DNA of 63,611 nt, filler included, from Asterionella formosa (lineage: Eukaryota), in assembly GCA_002256025.1 (NCBI GenBank). It is 12 parts of 12 records of this genome, joined end to end, with 100 filler letters (N's around TTAATTAATTAA, not from the genome) between each part and the next. Parts side by side here need not be neighbours in the genome. Positions count along the whole stretch, not along the records: positions 24,084 to 48,039 come from NKIB01002346.1; positions 48,140 to 49,598 come from NKIB01002350.1; 10 more parts are not named here. One strand, given 5' to 3'. Under the pieces are notes generated by a model. It searched no databases. It saw nothing but the letters and a program-made list of their open reading frames with translations, and was not told the DNA's origin. The position numbers were made by a program, and so were the translations under genes. Of this stretch, positions 36,051 to 48,835 are shown one piece after another (the stretch's first letter is position 1; every line of letters starts with the position of its first letter).

Positions 36051-39000
36051 ATCATTCCATTGAAGCAGCAGTATTGAGTCCTTCCAGTCCAGACTGATCT
36101 GTGTCTGTAGAATGTATCATGTTGTGACTGACACACAACTAAATATTAGTAGTTCAAATTTCATTTTTTCTCTTTAACATATATAGCCCATTTAATTAGG
36201 AGAAAAAGTACTAACCAAACGATGTCTCCAAAGTTATAAAGGTAAAAAAATAGAAGTTTTCAAATTGAGCCTCAAAGCGGACTTATATTGGCCTAATGAG
36301 CCGCACAAAGAACCCGTTAAGTACTCCCTCTGTTCAACACAACTATAGTTGCAACCAAACCTTAGTAGGTCACTGCCTCTCATGAAGCGCAAGCTCCGAT
36401 ATTTCTCCGGCAAGCTTTTCCTCTTTAAAAATTATTCCGAATCGAATTGAGCAAACATTTCGATCAGGACGCGATTGTATGAACAAGCACCAACAAAAAA
36501 ATCTAGGTTAGCTTTACCTAATTCTAGACTAGTTGGAAAATACATTACTATGTGCACCATGTGGCACGGAATAATTATAAATAGGAAGAAATGTTAGCTG
36601 GAGAGTTATCGGAGCTTGGGATTCATGAGAGGCAGATCGGGATAGTATATATGACCTTCTTGATTACCTGAAAGGCCCGGTAGTGCACGTTTAATGTGCA
36701 CTTATTCCGTTTCGACACACAATGACTCGTCCCATGCCTACCAGACAAGATAGGCTGGCTTTCCATTCCAATCTCTGTTAACTTTCTATAATGTAAAATT
36801 ATCATTCATTAAATCCATGTCATGTGCAAGTCATCGAAATCATGTTCATCTACTACTATTTGTAATGGTATTCAGCAATTGGAAGTCGGTTTGCATGTAT
36901 GGTTCTCCAGCAAATCACTAATTTTTTGAGTCTTACTAGTAGTCAGCAAATTATAGTCATTGTTAGCAAATTCAAGTCTTAGCCAGAAAGTTCTAGCTAG
37001 TCATAGTCAGAAAGTTCTGAACGTAGAAAAAGAATTTTTCCTATCTGTTTTCCGAATCTTGAAGACCGTTTGCTGAACCGTTTAATCAGTCTGCAAAGAA
37101 TCCGAGTAGTGTTCAGAGAATGATTCTGCAAATCGTCGTTGGTCAACAATAAAAGTAAAAATTTTCCAAAATCTTCCATTGTTGAAAGCGCACCTATCTC
37201 GTTCGGCAGGGATGGGATCTATCATTGGGGTGAAGTGAGTCGAAACTGAAAAGGTGCACATGGAATGTGTGCTACCGGACCTTCCTGGTTGAATTGAAAT
37301 GGCGATTTGATCTATGAAGGTAACAAAGCTAAAGCAAATGGCGTAATTACGTGTCTTTCCAGTTTTCGCCCGTTGTGTTGTAAATTGTCGCAAATGAGGT
37401 TATGGTTCAAATCAAGATCGAAAATGCAATATTGATCATTGTATATCATTTGACATGGAGACACCCTAATTCGTGTTCTTCATGGATTCTGGTTGATCGA
37501 AAATTTTAGGCGATCTACGCATCGAGAGGAACAACTTGCTCTAAGTCTCAAACTAATTACATAAGCAACGACTAGCCTTTATGCTTGGAAAGTCTCCAGG
37601 ACTCTCAGAATTTACGTTTATGTAAGTTTTGATAGCGAAACGTGTTATTCTGCGTTCATTAGGTCAGAGCAGTACATACTAGATACCAGGATGTTGGGGT
37701 CATTTTGGTTCAAAAGAATTTATTATGGGATAAAGACAGCTAATTATTTAGCTTTAGCACAATTATCGCAACTTGCATGTGTGTATTGGTATCAGGGTTG
37801 TACTTGGTACTGTATGTCTGTAAATTATAAAACCGTTAGGCCTAACATCAGTGTTCTTCTTGCTCAATTATCCATTGCCCCAAAATTATCTTAGTATGTC
37901 GTATTATGTTTTATGAATATTTCAGTTGCTATTTTAACTCGATTGAAATGATGATTCTATTATGCATGTTGCTGTTTACGCTTTACTAGCAATCTGTATT
38001 TTCTGATTGATACATTTGCGTTCTTCATTCCTACCCTTCAATCCAATGCCTTTGTATTCCATTGAATTGCTTTGATGCTAAGCATTGCAACCGAAATAAC
38101 AAAACATGTTCAAGTATGGATTAATGTTGTTGTAGTATTCAGAACTATCTATGTCGCTGTTTCCGGCTTGTATGACAGGGAAAGATAGATCATATTTTGG
38201 TTCCTTTTTCTCAATCAATTGAGGGCAGATTGCACTCGAACAAAAAGTTACTAAGAGAGTTTGGAATGGAAAGCCAGCCTAACCCTTCTAGTAGCTATAG
38301 GATGAATCATTGGGAGTGAGTCGAAACTGAAAAAGTGCACAAAAAGGTGCNNNNNNNNNNNNNNNNNNNNNNNNNNNNNNNNNNNNNNNNNNNNNNNNNN
38401 NNNNNNNNNNNNNNNNNNNNNNNNNNNNNNNNNNNNNNNNNNNNNNNNNNNNNNNNNNNNNNNNNNNNNNNNNNNNNNNNNNNNNNNNNNNNNNNNNNNN
38501 NNNNNNNNNNNNNNNNNNNNNNNNNNNNNNNNNNNNNNNNNNNNNNNNNNNNNNNNNNNNNNNNNNNNNNNNNNNNNNNNNNNNNNNNNNNNNNNNNNNN
38601 NNNNNNNNNNNNNNNNNNNNNNNNNNNNNNNNNNNNNNNNNNNNNNNNNNNNNNNNNNNNNNNNNNNNNNNNNNNNNNNNNNNNNNNNNNNNNNNNNNNN
38701 NNNNNNNNNNNNNNNNNNNNNNNNNNNNNNNNNNNNNNNNNNNNNNNNNNNNNNNNNNNNNNNNNNNNNGCTACGGTAAAAGACGGTTTTTACTATAAGG
38801 AAAACACAGCTAAAGTGCTAGTTTGTCCAGGTACGCCTACGGTACTAACTTCCAGTCTACGTAACGTTGAGTAACAGGTACATACAGGTATTTCGTTGAC
38901 GGCTATGTACCTGGTACCATCAATCTGGTGCCTTTTACCCTGAGTTCCTGGTACCACGGTACCAGGTACCAACTGGTACCTGTTGCCTCGTGTGTCGACT

Positions 39001-39242
39001 TCAAAGGAGATAACAGATATTGTGCAATATATCACTTTTCTCTTCCGTTGTCACAATTACACCGGTATTTATCTGTATTTCCTCTCATCCTTTACTCGAA
39101 TTACGGCTTCATCGCGTCGAATCCGCATATAGGCTCCTCAAAGTCTACATCACTGAAACCAACGTTTGAACTAGAGGACTGTGCAACTCGTTTGCATTTC
39201 ACACTAACTGCTCACAACGGCAGACTTCTATTTGCTGCGTTA

Positions 39243-40449
39243 ATGAACGACAAAACAACAACGGGAGCAGCGCTCAACATGGCCAATCAAGAAGCGTGCA
39301 CAGTTACAGAGTGTATTGATCATACCGATTTGCCATCGCCAGTTCTCTTATCCAGCCGAGTAAAATCTGTCGAACAAACAAAGGAAGACTTTTTGAAACT
39401 TCCAAAAGAAGTGCGAAACATCCTCGCTGGTGGTTTGGCCGGCATGGTCGCCAAGTCAGTTGTGGCGCCAATTGACCGCATCAAGATTCTCTACCAAGTT
39501 AGCTCGAAGCATTTTCATTTATGGGATGTTCCTCAGGTAGCTCGAAAAATTGTTGAGCAAGAAGGAGTACAAGCTCTCTGGAAGGGAAATACGGCGACCA
39601 TGATTCGCGTCTTTCCCTATTCTGGGATTCAATTCATGGTCTTTGATAAATGCAAGAATTTTATTTTGGATAGACACGCAGACAACGTTCGAATGCAGCC
39701 TGCAGTGGCAGTGCAGGGATCAAGAGGGGCTGGGCTTTCACCTTTAGAATCGCTCATTTCCGGGTCGGTAGCTGGCGCCGTTTCAGTATTGTGCACATAT
39801 CCTTTGGACGTTACGAGAGCTCAATTAGCGGTCATGAAGAGAAAAAAACACGAGCACAATCTTGGTTTCTTTGGCATGATATCAAATAACTACAAAACTG
39901 AGGTGAGTTTTTATTAATGTTCACGAAATTGGTGGCCCCCAGAATGAACTGCAAGACTAACGTTGCCCAAAGGGAGTTCGCGGTCTTTTTCGAGGAATCA
40001 TACCAACCATGCTTGGAATTTTGCCATATTCTGGTGTCGCGTTTGCATTAAATGAGCAAGGAAAGCGAGAGATCCGACACATTAACAAACGCGAACCAAC
40101 AACCATTGAGCGCATGCAGTGCGGCGCCGTGTCGGGCCTTTTTGCTCAGACGCTGACATACCCTCTAGAAGTGACACGACGAAGAATGCAAACAATGCGT
40201 GTTGTGAAAGGAAAGGATGCGGTAGTCAATGCACTCGGCATGGGCTGCGAGGGTGAAGTTGGAGACATTAGCATGCTGAATACAATGGGAAAGCTCTATC
40301 GTGAGCAAGGGTTGAGAGGTTTTTTCAAAGGCGTGAGCATGAATTGGTTCAAGGGTCCGATTGCCTTCTCCATTAGTTTTACGACATTTGATATTATACA
40401 AAGTTTGATGGAGACGGAAAACGAACGGATACATCGATTGTCTAGATGA
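39243..40449 (+). CDS. SLC25A42: Mitochondrial carrier (SLC25A42/LEU5-like CoA transporter); exons 39243-39902 and 39973-40449
   Basis: Three Px(D/E)xx(K/R) repeats (PIDRIK, PLDVTR, PLEVTRRRMQ), WKGNTATMIRVFPYSGIQF, NWFKGPIA; intron 39903-39972. Start 39243 or 39279. Confidence 0.88.
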
Positions 40450-40691
40450 CAACATTCTAAATCGTATTTCGACTTTGCAGTTATTACGACGATCACAGCT
40501 TGATAAGACTGCCGCTTTCTCGACGATTGATATGCACATCGTTGTTATTACCTAGTATCATAAGCCTAAAAATGAAAAGTTATGTTCGCCTCAAGCACTG
40601 TCCACATTGCAACGCGAGCCACACGCCGTAAACCGGATGTTGTACGAAATCAATAATCTTGTTACAACTCAACAGCAGCATTATCTCAAGC

Positions 40692-41320
40692 TCAAAATTC
40701 ATCATAAAGATCGCGAGCACGCTGGGTCCGTCGCTCCCAACGTTGTTCTTCACGCCTCTTATGTCGCTCGATTTCCTGAGAATTCACTGGTAAGAAATTC
40801 TTGACGTTTTAGTGCAACACAACGTAACAAAGACTTACTCTATCATCAACATTTTCCATCTGAGATATCTTTTTCGTGAGCATTTCGGCACGTTTCAATA
40901 GGCGTTGATACTCCTGTTGTTGGTTAATTTATGAATGACCGTAGGTGAGGCGATCTCGATCGGGTTGTTGTGGTACCGGCGAGTGAGGAATGCAGACAAT
41001 AATAACGTACCGCGTCGTCCACTTTTTCGGTTCCATCATTGTGGTTAGCCAAATTTTTCTTTGTACTCTCCAACGTGGCTTCCAAAGTTCTCTTGCGCTT
41101 GTCCAAGTTGTGAAGAATGTCATCACGCTGTAAAAGTCAATGTTAGGGGGCTCAACATGTTCGAATCTTGCAAACCAAAAATACGTACAGTTAGATCCGG
41201 ACCAGACCTGTAAGGCCGAAACCTTTCGTCTCTTTCAGATCTGTATCTATCCTCGTTCTCGGCAGAGACACAAGCAATGAAAGCAACCGCAAAGGCGACG
41301 AGAAGGAGTTTGCGCATCAT
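40692..41320 (-). CDS. Small secreted/ER-lumen coiled-coil protein (135 aa); exons 41320-41189, 41127-41011, 40913-40839, 40775-40692
   Basis: Signal peptide MMRKLLLVAFAVAFIACVSA; three phase-0 GT-AG introns give an open frame ending RARDLYDEF*. Confidence 0.75.
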
Positions 41321-42267
41321 GGTCGATCACGGTTTCTTGATTCAGGAGGTTGCTTGTTCGAAAATTGTCCGAACATTTTCCGGCACATTTCTTTTCGCTG
41401 AACCAGGTGACATACTAACATGCCGGTATGTAGAATTACATAGGGGNNNNNNNNNNNNNNNNNNNNNNNNNNNNNNNNNNNNNNNNNNNNNNNNNNNNNN
41501 NNNNNNNNNNNNNNNNNNNNNNNNNNNNNNNNNNNNNNNNNNNNNNNNNNNNNNNNNNNNNNNNNNNNNNNNNNNNNNNNNNNNNNNNNNNNNNNNNNNN
41601 NNNNNNNNNNNNNNNNNNNNNNNNNNNNNNNNNNNNNNNNNNNNNNNNNNNNNNNNNNNNNNNNNNNNNNNNNNNNNNNNNNNNNNNNNNNNNNNNNNNN
41701 NNNNNNNNNNNNNNNNNNNNNNNNNNNNNNNNNNNNNNNNNNNNNNNNNNNNNNNNNNNNNNNNNNNNNNNNNNNNNNNNNNNNNNNNNNNNNNNNNNNN
41801 NNNNNNNNNNNNNNNNNNNNNNNNNNNNNNNNNNNNNNNNNNNNNNNNNNNNNNNNNNNNNNNNNNNNNNNNNNNNNNNNNNNNNNNNNNNNNNNNNNNN
41901 NNNNNNNNNNNNNNNNNNNNNNNNNNNNNNNNNNNNNNNNNNNNNNNNNNNNNNNNNNNNNNNNNNNNNNNNNNNNNNNNNNNNNNNNNNNNNNNNNNNN
42001 NNNNNNNNNNNNNNNNNNNNNNNNNNNNNNNNNNNNNNNNNNNNNNNNNNNNNNNNNNNNNNNNNNNNNNNNNNNNNNNNNNNNNNNNNNNNNNNNNNNN
42101 NNNNNNNNNNNNNNNNNNNNNNNNNNNNNNNNNNNNNNNNNNNNNNNNNNNNNNNNNNNNNNNNNNNNNNNNNNNNNNNNNNNNNNNNNNNNNNNNNNNN
42201 NNNNNNNNNNNNNNNNNNNNNNNNNNNNNNNNNNNNNNNNNNNNNNNNNNNNNNNNNNNNNNNNNNA

Positions 42268-42699
42268 ACCGCGTTTTCTCCTGCCTTTTGTGGCCGTCCC
42301 AGGGTGACGGGATGCTCCATGTTTGGCGGTGCTGGAGGGGTAGCTCCAACCGAAGACGACCCTGAGCAACGAAGGCTCATCGAACAAGGTGCTGCGGCCT
42401 TGGGCATGTCAGTTGATGAATATGCTTTGGGAATGAAAGCTCGCCAGAAGTTTGAAGCCGATCTTGCCGCCTTGCGAGTATCGTCGGGCAGTGCTGATGT
42501 TGGCGTTGAAATGGATGGAAACTCGCCACCGGTTCACCTGATTGTGACCATTAGCGATGCAGGCAAGGCCAAGGGTGCTGAAGCTTTGTCTAAGGAACTG
42601 GCATCGGCATTTAAGGCCGCCAACGAAAAATCCAAAAAGGGGAGAACAGAATGCCAGCAAAATATGATGAAATTCATCACTGAAAATATGAAAGTGTAA
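42268..42699 (+). CDS. Plastid-targeted YbaB/EbfC-like protein (5' end lost in gap)
   Basis: TAFSP presequence motif right after the gap; helical N-terminus, then VSSG...VGVEMDGN.PP...I...L...L..AF..A typical of YbaB/EbfC. Confidence 0.6.
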   Translation, partial: TAFSPAFCGRPRVTGCSMFGGAGGVAPTEDDPEQRRLIEQGAAALGMSVDEYALGMKARQKFEADLAALRVSSGSADVGVEMDGNSPPVHLIVTISDAGKAKGAEALSKELASAFKAANEKSKKGRTECQQNMMKFITENMKV

Positions 42700-42886
42700 A
42701 GATAGCTGTTTTATAATTATATAACAATAATTATCAACGGCTCCAGAGTACACAGCAGTATCGAAAACAAGTGAAAGAAATAGATACCCCCGATGATTTG
42801 AGTTACGGGCGGTTGGGACTTCTGTGATGAGTTCCTCAGTATAGGGGTGATATAGACGACAAGGTGAATTTCCCGGAGAAATACTC

Positions 42887-43897
42887 CTAGTTAAACTTAG
42901 CTTGGCTGAAATCCATTTCTGGATGCGCCATTTTGAACTTTTCCAGCATGTCTAATTTCTGCTGTTCATCTGCTGTCGGCTTTCCCAAAGCCTTTTGACG
43001 CTGATCGAACATCATCTTTTCCACTGTTGTTCTCGTTTCCCCATCTAAATCAGAGAGGTTCGAACTCTCCGGCTGAATGGTCTTGACGTCAATGGTTGGA
43101 TCTCCAACACAAACACCCTCCCACCATTCCATTTGGTTCAACTTTTGAAGATTAATTACCAGTCGGTTACCGTCTTCAACTGTCCAGAAGGAATCATCGC
43201 AAATGATAGTCTTAATGAGGGGCGCATTGACGATCCAGTTACCAGCTTGCGATTTCAGACCGACTTTCAACGAGTTCTTGCCGATTGTGACAATTAGATC
43301 TCGACCCCTTGTATTTTCGGGTAATGGTACAGTGACGGTGACTTCTTCGAGAGTTTGCGCCCAAGTGTACTTGCCATCCACGGTGCCTCCATTGCCTTTG
43401 GGAGGTGGCACATGCATCTCATCAAGTTCCTTCTCAGTTTTCGGCGCAGCAGGTTTCGATGATAATTTTGGTGGATCTGCACGTGCTTCATTTGAGTTTG
43501 ACTTCGCCTCTTCGTTCTTTGGTGCAAAATCCGCTTTCGGAGCTTTCTTCACAATGGGCGAAGACTCTTTTTCAGGACTTGTATCAAAGCCGCCATCAGA
43601 ACCAAGCTCCAACACTTCTTCGTTCCGTTCCTTGCGTACCAGCTCATTTTTCTCTACCCTTTTGTTCTTCTTAGATTTTTCTTTCCTGTAGATATCCGCG
43701 TGCTTGTTCAAGACCTCCTGGACCTTGGCAATGGCTACATCAGTTCCTTTGTCGCCACTACCAGGCGGCCCGGCGAAGAAATCTGTTTTTCGTCGAAGAA
43801 AAGAGAACACAGTGTCCAGAAGAGGCTCAATGCCTCGCGTTGTCTGAGCCACGTTCAAGTAGAGACCATCGAACCTTTCATCGTCCTTGAAAGACAT
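42887..43897 (-). CDS. NUDC: Nuclear migration protein NudC (p23/CS co-chaperone)
   Basis: RFDGLYL..AQ...GIEPLLD.VFSFLRRKTDFF, GNGG...Y.W.QTL.EV, MEWW, LSDLDGETR.TVEKMMFDQRQK, HPEMDFS; real start ATG 43897. Confidence 0.95.
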   Translation of the reverse strand: MSFKDDERFDGLYLNVAQTTRGIEPLLDTVFSFLRRKTDFFAGPPGSGDKGTDVAIAKVQEVLNKHADIYRKEKSKKNKRVEKNELVRKERNEEVLELGSDGGFDTSPEKESSPIVKKAPKADFAPKNEEAKSNSNEARADPPKLSSKPAAPKTEKELDEMHVPPPKGNGGTVDGKYTWAQTLEEVTVTVPLPENTRGRDLIVTIGKNSLKVGLKSQAGNWIVNAPLIKTIICDDSFWTVEDGNRLVINLQKLNQMEWWEGVCVGDPTIDVKTIQPESSNLSDLDGETRTTVEKMMFDQRQKALGKPTADEQQKLDMLEKFKMAHPEMDFSQAKFN

Positions 43898-44189
43898 GGT
43901 AGAGCGAGCAACAGCTAACCAAAAAATTGAAGCACGTTCACAAGGTGACGAAAATTTCTGATGTTGCATGATCATGGTACCTGGTACCTGGTACCAGGTA
44001 GTAGGAGCAAGTTGCGGTAATTTTTCTGCACCTGGTTCCATGCACGACTTCGTACCAGCAACACTGATTCCAATTCCAAATTGATTTTGTTGTTCCCACA
44101 TATTTTTTGCTTATATCTGATTTAGCCCAGGTTTTTATCTTCTGCCATTTGCTTCTGTTGGTTTTGTTTAATGTAGGACTGTTTTGCTT

Positions 44190-45035
44190 ATGGCAAAACC
44201 CCAGATATCTCTGAGTTACTCAAGTTTGATTTATACTCCATTGTGAAATATCATGACCAAGAATCTGGTGTGACAGAAAATGAACTTGGAATATGGTGNN
44301 NNNNNNNNNNNNNNNNNNNNNNNNNNNNNNNNNNNNNNNNNNNNNNNNNNNNNNNNNNNNNNNNNNNNNNNNNNNNNNNNNNNNNNNNNNNNNNNNNNNN
44401 NNNNNNNNNNNNNNNNNNNNAAATGAACTTGGAATATGGATTGGTATGGCTGAAAATGTTGGCCAGGAGATGTGTTATTTAATCCTCAAGTCGAACGGTC
44501 ATGTTGTGACACAATCAACTGTTTGCCAACTTATGAAGGAGGAATGGTAAGACAAAAGAGAGAAGGAAATGGAAAAAAATTTGATAAATCAAATATTAAT
44601 ATGTTTTGTGATGCAGCACAAGCAACGGATTTAATTACATGCCACTCAACCACTGGAATTGTCACTTTAATTAATGTTGTAGCCCAATTCAATGGTACTC
44701 AAAATCAAAGAACACTGTTGAATCCTCAACTTTTGGTTCTGAATTTGTAGCCTTAAAGATTGCTACTGCGCTCAATGAGGCACTTTGTTAAAAATTATGA
44801 ATGTTTGGCAATCCTATTGATGGTCCTACAAACACTTTCTGTGATAACAATAGTGTGGTCCAGAATGTCTCATGACCAGAATCTGTTCTGCAGAAGAAAC
44901 ATAATTCTGTTGCTCATCACAAGGTTTGTGAAAGCGTTGCTGTATTAGCTATGCATGTCTTACATGCATGAGCCAGGTAATATAAATTTGGCTGATGTTT
45001 TAACAAAGTGGTTGCCTCCTGGAAAGCAGGTTTAA
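44190..45035 (+). mobile_element. Decayed Copia (CoDi-like) pol remnant: post-integrase region joined to RNase H
   Basis: PDISE..F, ELGIWIGMAENVGQEMCY.IL..NG.V..STV, then FCDAA.A.D..T..STTG, VESSTFGSEFVA, FCDNNSVV, KKHNSVAHHKV.E, NLADVLTK; RT is deleted. Confidence 0.85.
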
Positions 45036-46304
45036 TCTCGAATGGAAAACTCGTGTCAGTAATGTTGACTTATGACATAAGTCACCATATCACCCTAAAA
45101 ATGTCTGCCACACACATCATGCAGATCATCTAAACATTTATGGGTGACATGTTATACATGAAATTACAAACCATTTTCTTTTAACTTTAATTCCTTTATA
45201 ATTTGTTTCATTGTTCGACTGTTTGATATCTTTCCCTCTGTGTTTGTTTGCAATCGCCTTGTCTTCGACCTCATCCTTCACGAGATCTTATCAAACCGGT
45301 TGTTTTCGCTGAAAATTAACTGTCGGTACCCGGAGGTAGCCGCAGCTATTTTGCTACAGAATTTCTTGATTCTTTGCCGTAATTTGTCTTAATTATGATC
45401 GCCATTGTAGTACCAGTACTATCGGCACTTGGCTATGAAGTGTAGAATGCATTCAAATACCGGTAACGTTACCGGTCTATTTGTGACATGGCGTCATAAT
45501 TTCGCATTTCATCATTTGAAATTGCATTTAATTACAGGTATGTATCAATGACACAGAGCTTATTACATATGTGTCTATTGCAACGAAATCGGGCTGTATA
45601 TAGCACGTGTCTGAAGAATTCTGAACGCAAATGTATGCATTATGTTTAATGAAAAATATTCCTGTGTTTGTATACGGAATTAGTTATATGCATGTAGACG
45701 TAAAACCAAGCAATGTTGCATCTTTAGACCAAATGCAGGAATTGCTGGTATTAATTTCAATTCATTCCCGCAAGGTTTCGATATCCACTGAAAAATTTAT
45801 AATGTCGTACCAGCGTCTTGCAAACCCCATGAATCCCTCGTGGTATCTATTTTTTATGATGAATATCCATGGAGTATCGGTACTGTCCCGCCGGTACATG
45901 GTGCCCTATGCAGCTACTAGTACGTATCATTTATGTCATGAAATTGAGCCGATATGATTGGCCTAATCACACAATAATTGCGGAGGGTAGCTTTGTCTCC
46001 CCTGGTACCCTGGTACGAGGACTGCCGTCTTCGCTATTTGACACATGCCCTTCTCAAACGCTGCATGGCGTTTTCCTATTTGTGTATCTGGAGTACCACA
46101 CAACTACAAAACGTACACACCATCTGATCGAATTCTGGGACATACAATGGTAACAACTGCAACGTCCTGTGCAATCCTGTGATACTGAACTTTTTTGAAA
46201 TCAATCAGTTGCCCTTTGAACAGCTTTCACTATAGTTCCTCCTCTGTCCCCGTTTAGGCCTTACAGCCCAACAAACATCTCCTGTACCGCTTTTTGTCGG
46301 TTGC

Positions 46305-48040
46305 ATGGAGGGCCACTTGCCGTTGATCGCGGCTAGTACGACATCGGCACAGCCACCACCCGCCAATGCTGCCGTTGACGGCGGGGCGGCAGGATTCTCA
46401 CGAACGCAACCACCGTCACATCCTTCTGTGACGATGAACCAACAGAAAAGTTCACGAATAGATTCAGGAAATCAATCAATTTCTGAAGATATGAGTGAGG
46501 ATGATAGCCAACGTTTACCATCTCTTGGCAAGCCCAAGAACGACAAGTTACGACCAAAAAGTGGACCGAATCCTCTAATACCAAATGAAGCTGGAGAAAA
46601 CATGTCTGTGAAGTCAGAAGCAGAAAGTGTTCACGAGGAAAGTTCTCATTGTTCTGACCGCAACGACGTGATTTCTGTAGATTCTTTCTGTGACGAGGTT
46701 GGCATCGTACGTTCGACAAGGAATAGGAGCACATTGCAATCGAAATGGGAACGCATGTTTGTGCGTCTGCTTGCTTTCAGGGAAAAGCATGGGCATTGTC
46801 TTGTACCCAATCGGTATACTCCGGACCAATCTCTTGGGGCATGGGTATCGACACAACGGAGGTAAGTTCGTTGCATTCACTTTACACGGACGTTACGATC
46901 ACATTATTACTCACAAATTTCACTGTACAGACAGTTCAAAATGATGACCTCCGGTGACAAAGAAGCTACTCTCATGAATCCAGAAAGAGCAAGCCGTTTG
47001 AATGCACTGGGTTTTGTTTGGTCAACGACAGATCCGAGACATATTCCGTGGGACCAACGCTTTAACGAGCTTGTGGAGTACAAAAACAAATTCGGTGAGA
47101 CAACACACCTGCATGCTGCCTTTTCACACACGCCAGAAGAGTTCTCAATTTTTTCTCACCAATAGCATCTACGTTTTCTAGGAGACACGTGTGTACCTAT
47201 AGGCTACAAGGTAAGTTATGGTGCTCGCTGTATTTCGAAAATTTTGGCATGCATGGTGATCTTACTTCTCAATTATGTTAACTTATCCATCACTTTGTCA
47301 TATCGGCACACCTCACCCGCACTTTTTGAAAACTATTTTCCATAGGACAACCCTCAACTTGGTAACTGGGTCTCGACTCAGCGGCAGGAAATGAGAGTTT
47401 TGAAGCTAGGACGAAACACGCGCTTGGACGAAGGTAGGATAGCGAAACTAAAGGGGATTGGTTTTCTTTGGGAGGCACCCCGTGGGGGCAATCGTAAGCG
47501 CGTCAATGATGGAGTAGATCGACCTGAAACGGATGGTAAAAGACAATATAGGAGAACGAAGGGAAAGAAAGAGAATCATCCGCGGCATGAAGTTCTAGAA
47601 AGCAGTAGTGTGGGATTTGGTGTATCTCCAGAAAAGCTGTTGTCCCGACAGCTCCCCTTAGGCGCAGATCAATCAAGGACTCATCTGCGGGGTGTAGATA
47701 CTTCTCTTGTCCCAGCCTCTCATGCAGCAAGAGCACTTCCCTCTATAAATTCACAGTTACCAGGAGATACATCAGAGGAGCAACATAACGCTTGGAAAGA
47801 GTTACATGCTGCATTTTCCGAAAGCGTGAAGATCCACGCTGCGATTGACGGTGATCTGGCGAATGACCTCGGATTTTCACCATCCTTATTATTGCATACA
47901 GTAGGGCTTCAGGGTCAGGTACCGCCGTGGCTGGCAGCAACTACAAACGGGCACACACATTTAACTAGGCCAGTGATCGACGACCCTTATTTTAGGGTTG
48001 GTAGACCTATTGCCGATCTATTGGCGGCATCAGCTCCTCN
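46305..48040 (+). CDS. Helicase-associated (HA) repeat protein, 3' truncated; exons 46305-46861, 46931-47094, 47182-47210, 47346->48040
   Basis: Two HA domains (W..MF..L..F...HGHCLVP....LG.WVSTQR...R...L..LGF.W); three GT-AG introns restore the frame. Confidence 0.88.
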
Positions 48041-48339
48041 NNNNNNNNNNNNNNNNNNNNNNNNNNNNNNNNNNNNNNNNNNNTTAATTAATTAANNNNN
48101 NNNNNNNNNNNNNNNNNNNNNNNNNNNNNNNNNNNNNNNGTGTTAAATTGTCTAGTTGAAATATCACAGATCTTACTTTTAAGATCTCTAAAGCTGAAAA
48201 CTTATTTTCACTTTACACTTTGTAATATTGTGAGCTTTCTGTTAATAGTCTATCTAGTCTTGTTCTTGCCTGATTACTCATGTAATCCCGAACAAGACTT
48301 CTCACACTTTCCTTGATCCCGTCAAAATGATCTTGCTTA

Positions 48340-48550
48340 CTTTGACAATAAGTAAGCATATTCATTTGACAATAAGTGAGCAGCACTTATTCTTTTGACA
48401 ATAAGTGAGCATCTGATTCACTTGTCAATAAGTAACATCTCCAGTCATTTGTCAATAAGTAAACATCTCCAGTCCGGTCATTTGTCAATAAGTAAACATC
48501 TCCAGTCCGGTCATTTGTCAATAAGTAAACATCTCCAGTCATTTACCAAT
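48340..48550. repeat. Tandem array of ~25-32-bp units with core TTG(A/T)CAATAAGT
   Basis: Three ttgacaataagt(a/g)agca units followed by four ttgtcaataagtaa(a)catctccagtc units. Confidence 0.85.
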
Positions 48551-48835
48551 AAATGACGAGATGTTTTGGGTCTTGGTTTCTAATCACTACTAAGAATATT
48601 GATTCTCGATTCGTTGGATTCCATATATTTTATCAAGTAGGTACCTAATTTCACCACGGTAAAATATTGTCGATACCGTCAAGGTACCATAATGTCCCGA
48701 GTAGGACAATTCTAATGGTCTACAGGAAAAAACAACTTTGGTTGAATTTTACAAATAACAGGCAGGTACCTGGTGAAGTATCTAACTAGAAGCAGTAGTA
48801 TTTGTTGAATATATGAGCTTATTTGTTAATCCTTG

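Noticed and set aside
41277..42407. Long ORFs in the track spanning N runs (also 38335-38874)
   Set aside because: Artefacts of translating gaps.
43898..44101. N-terminal extension of the NudC ORF (similarly 38928-39242 for the carrier and 9939-10007 for TBC)
   Set aside because: Non-ATG starts with no family motifs; the NudC and carrier extensions also run through GGTACC repeats. Conserved sequence begins at downstream ATGs.
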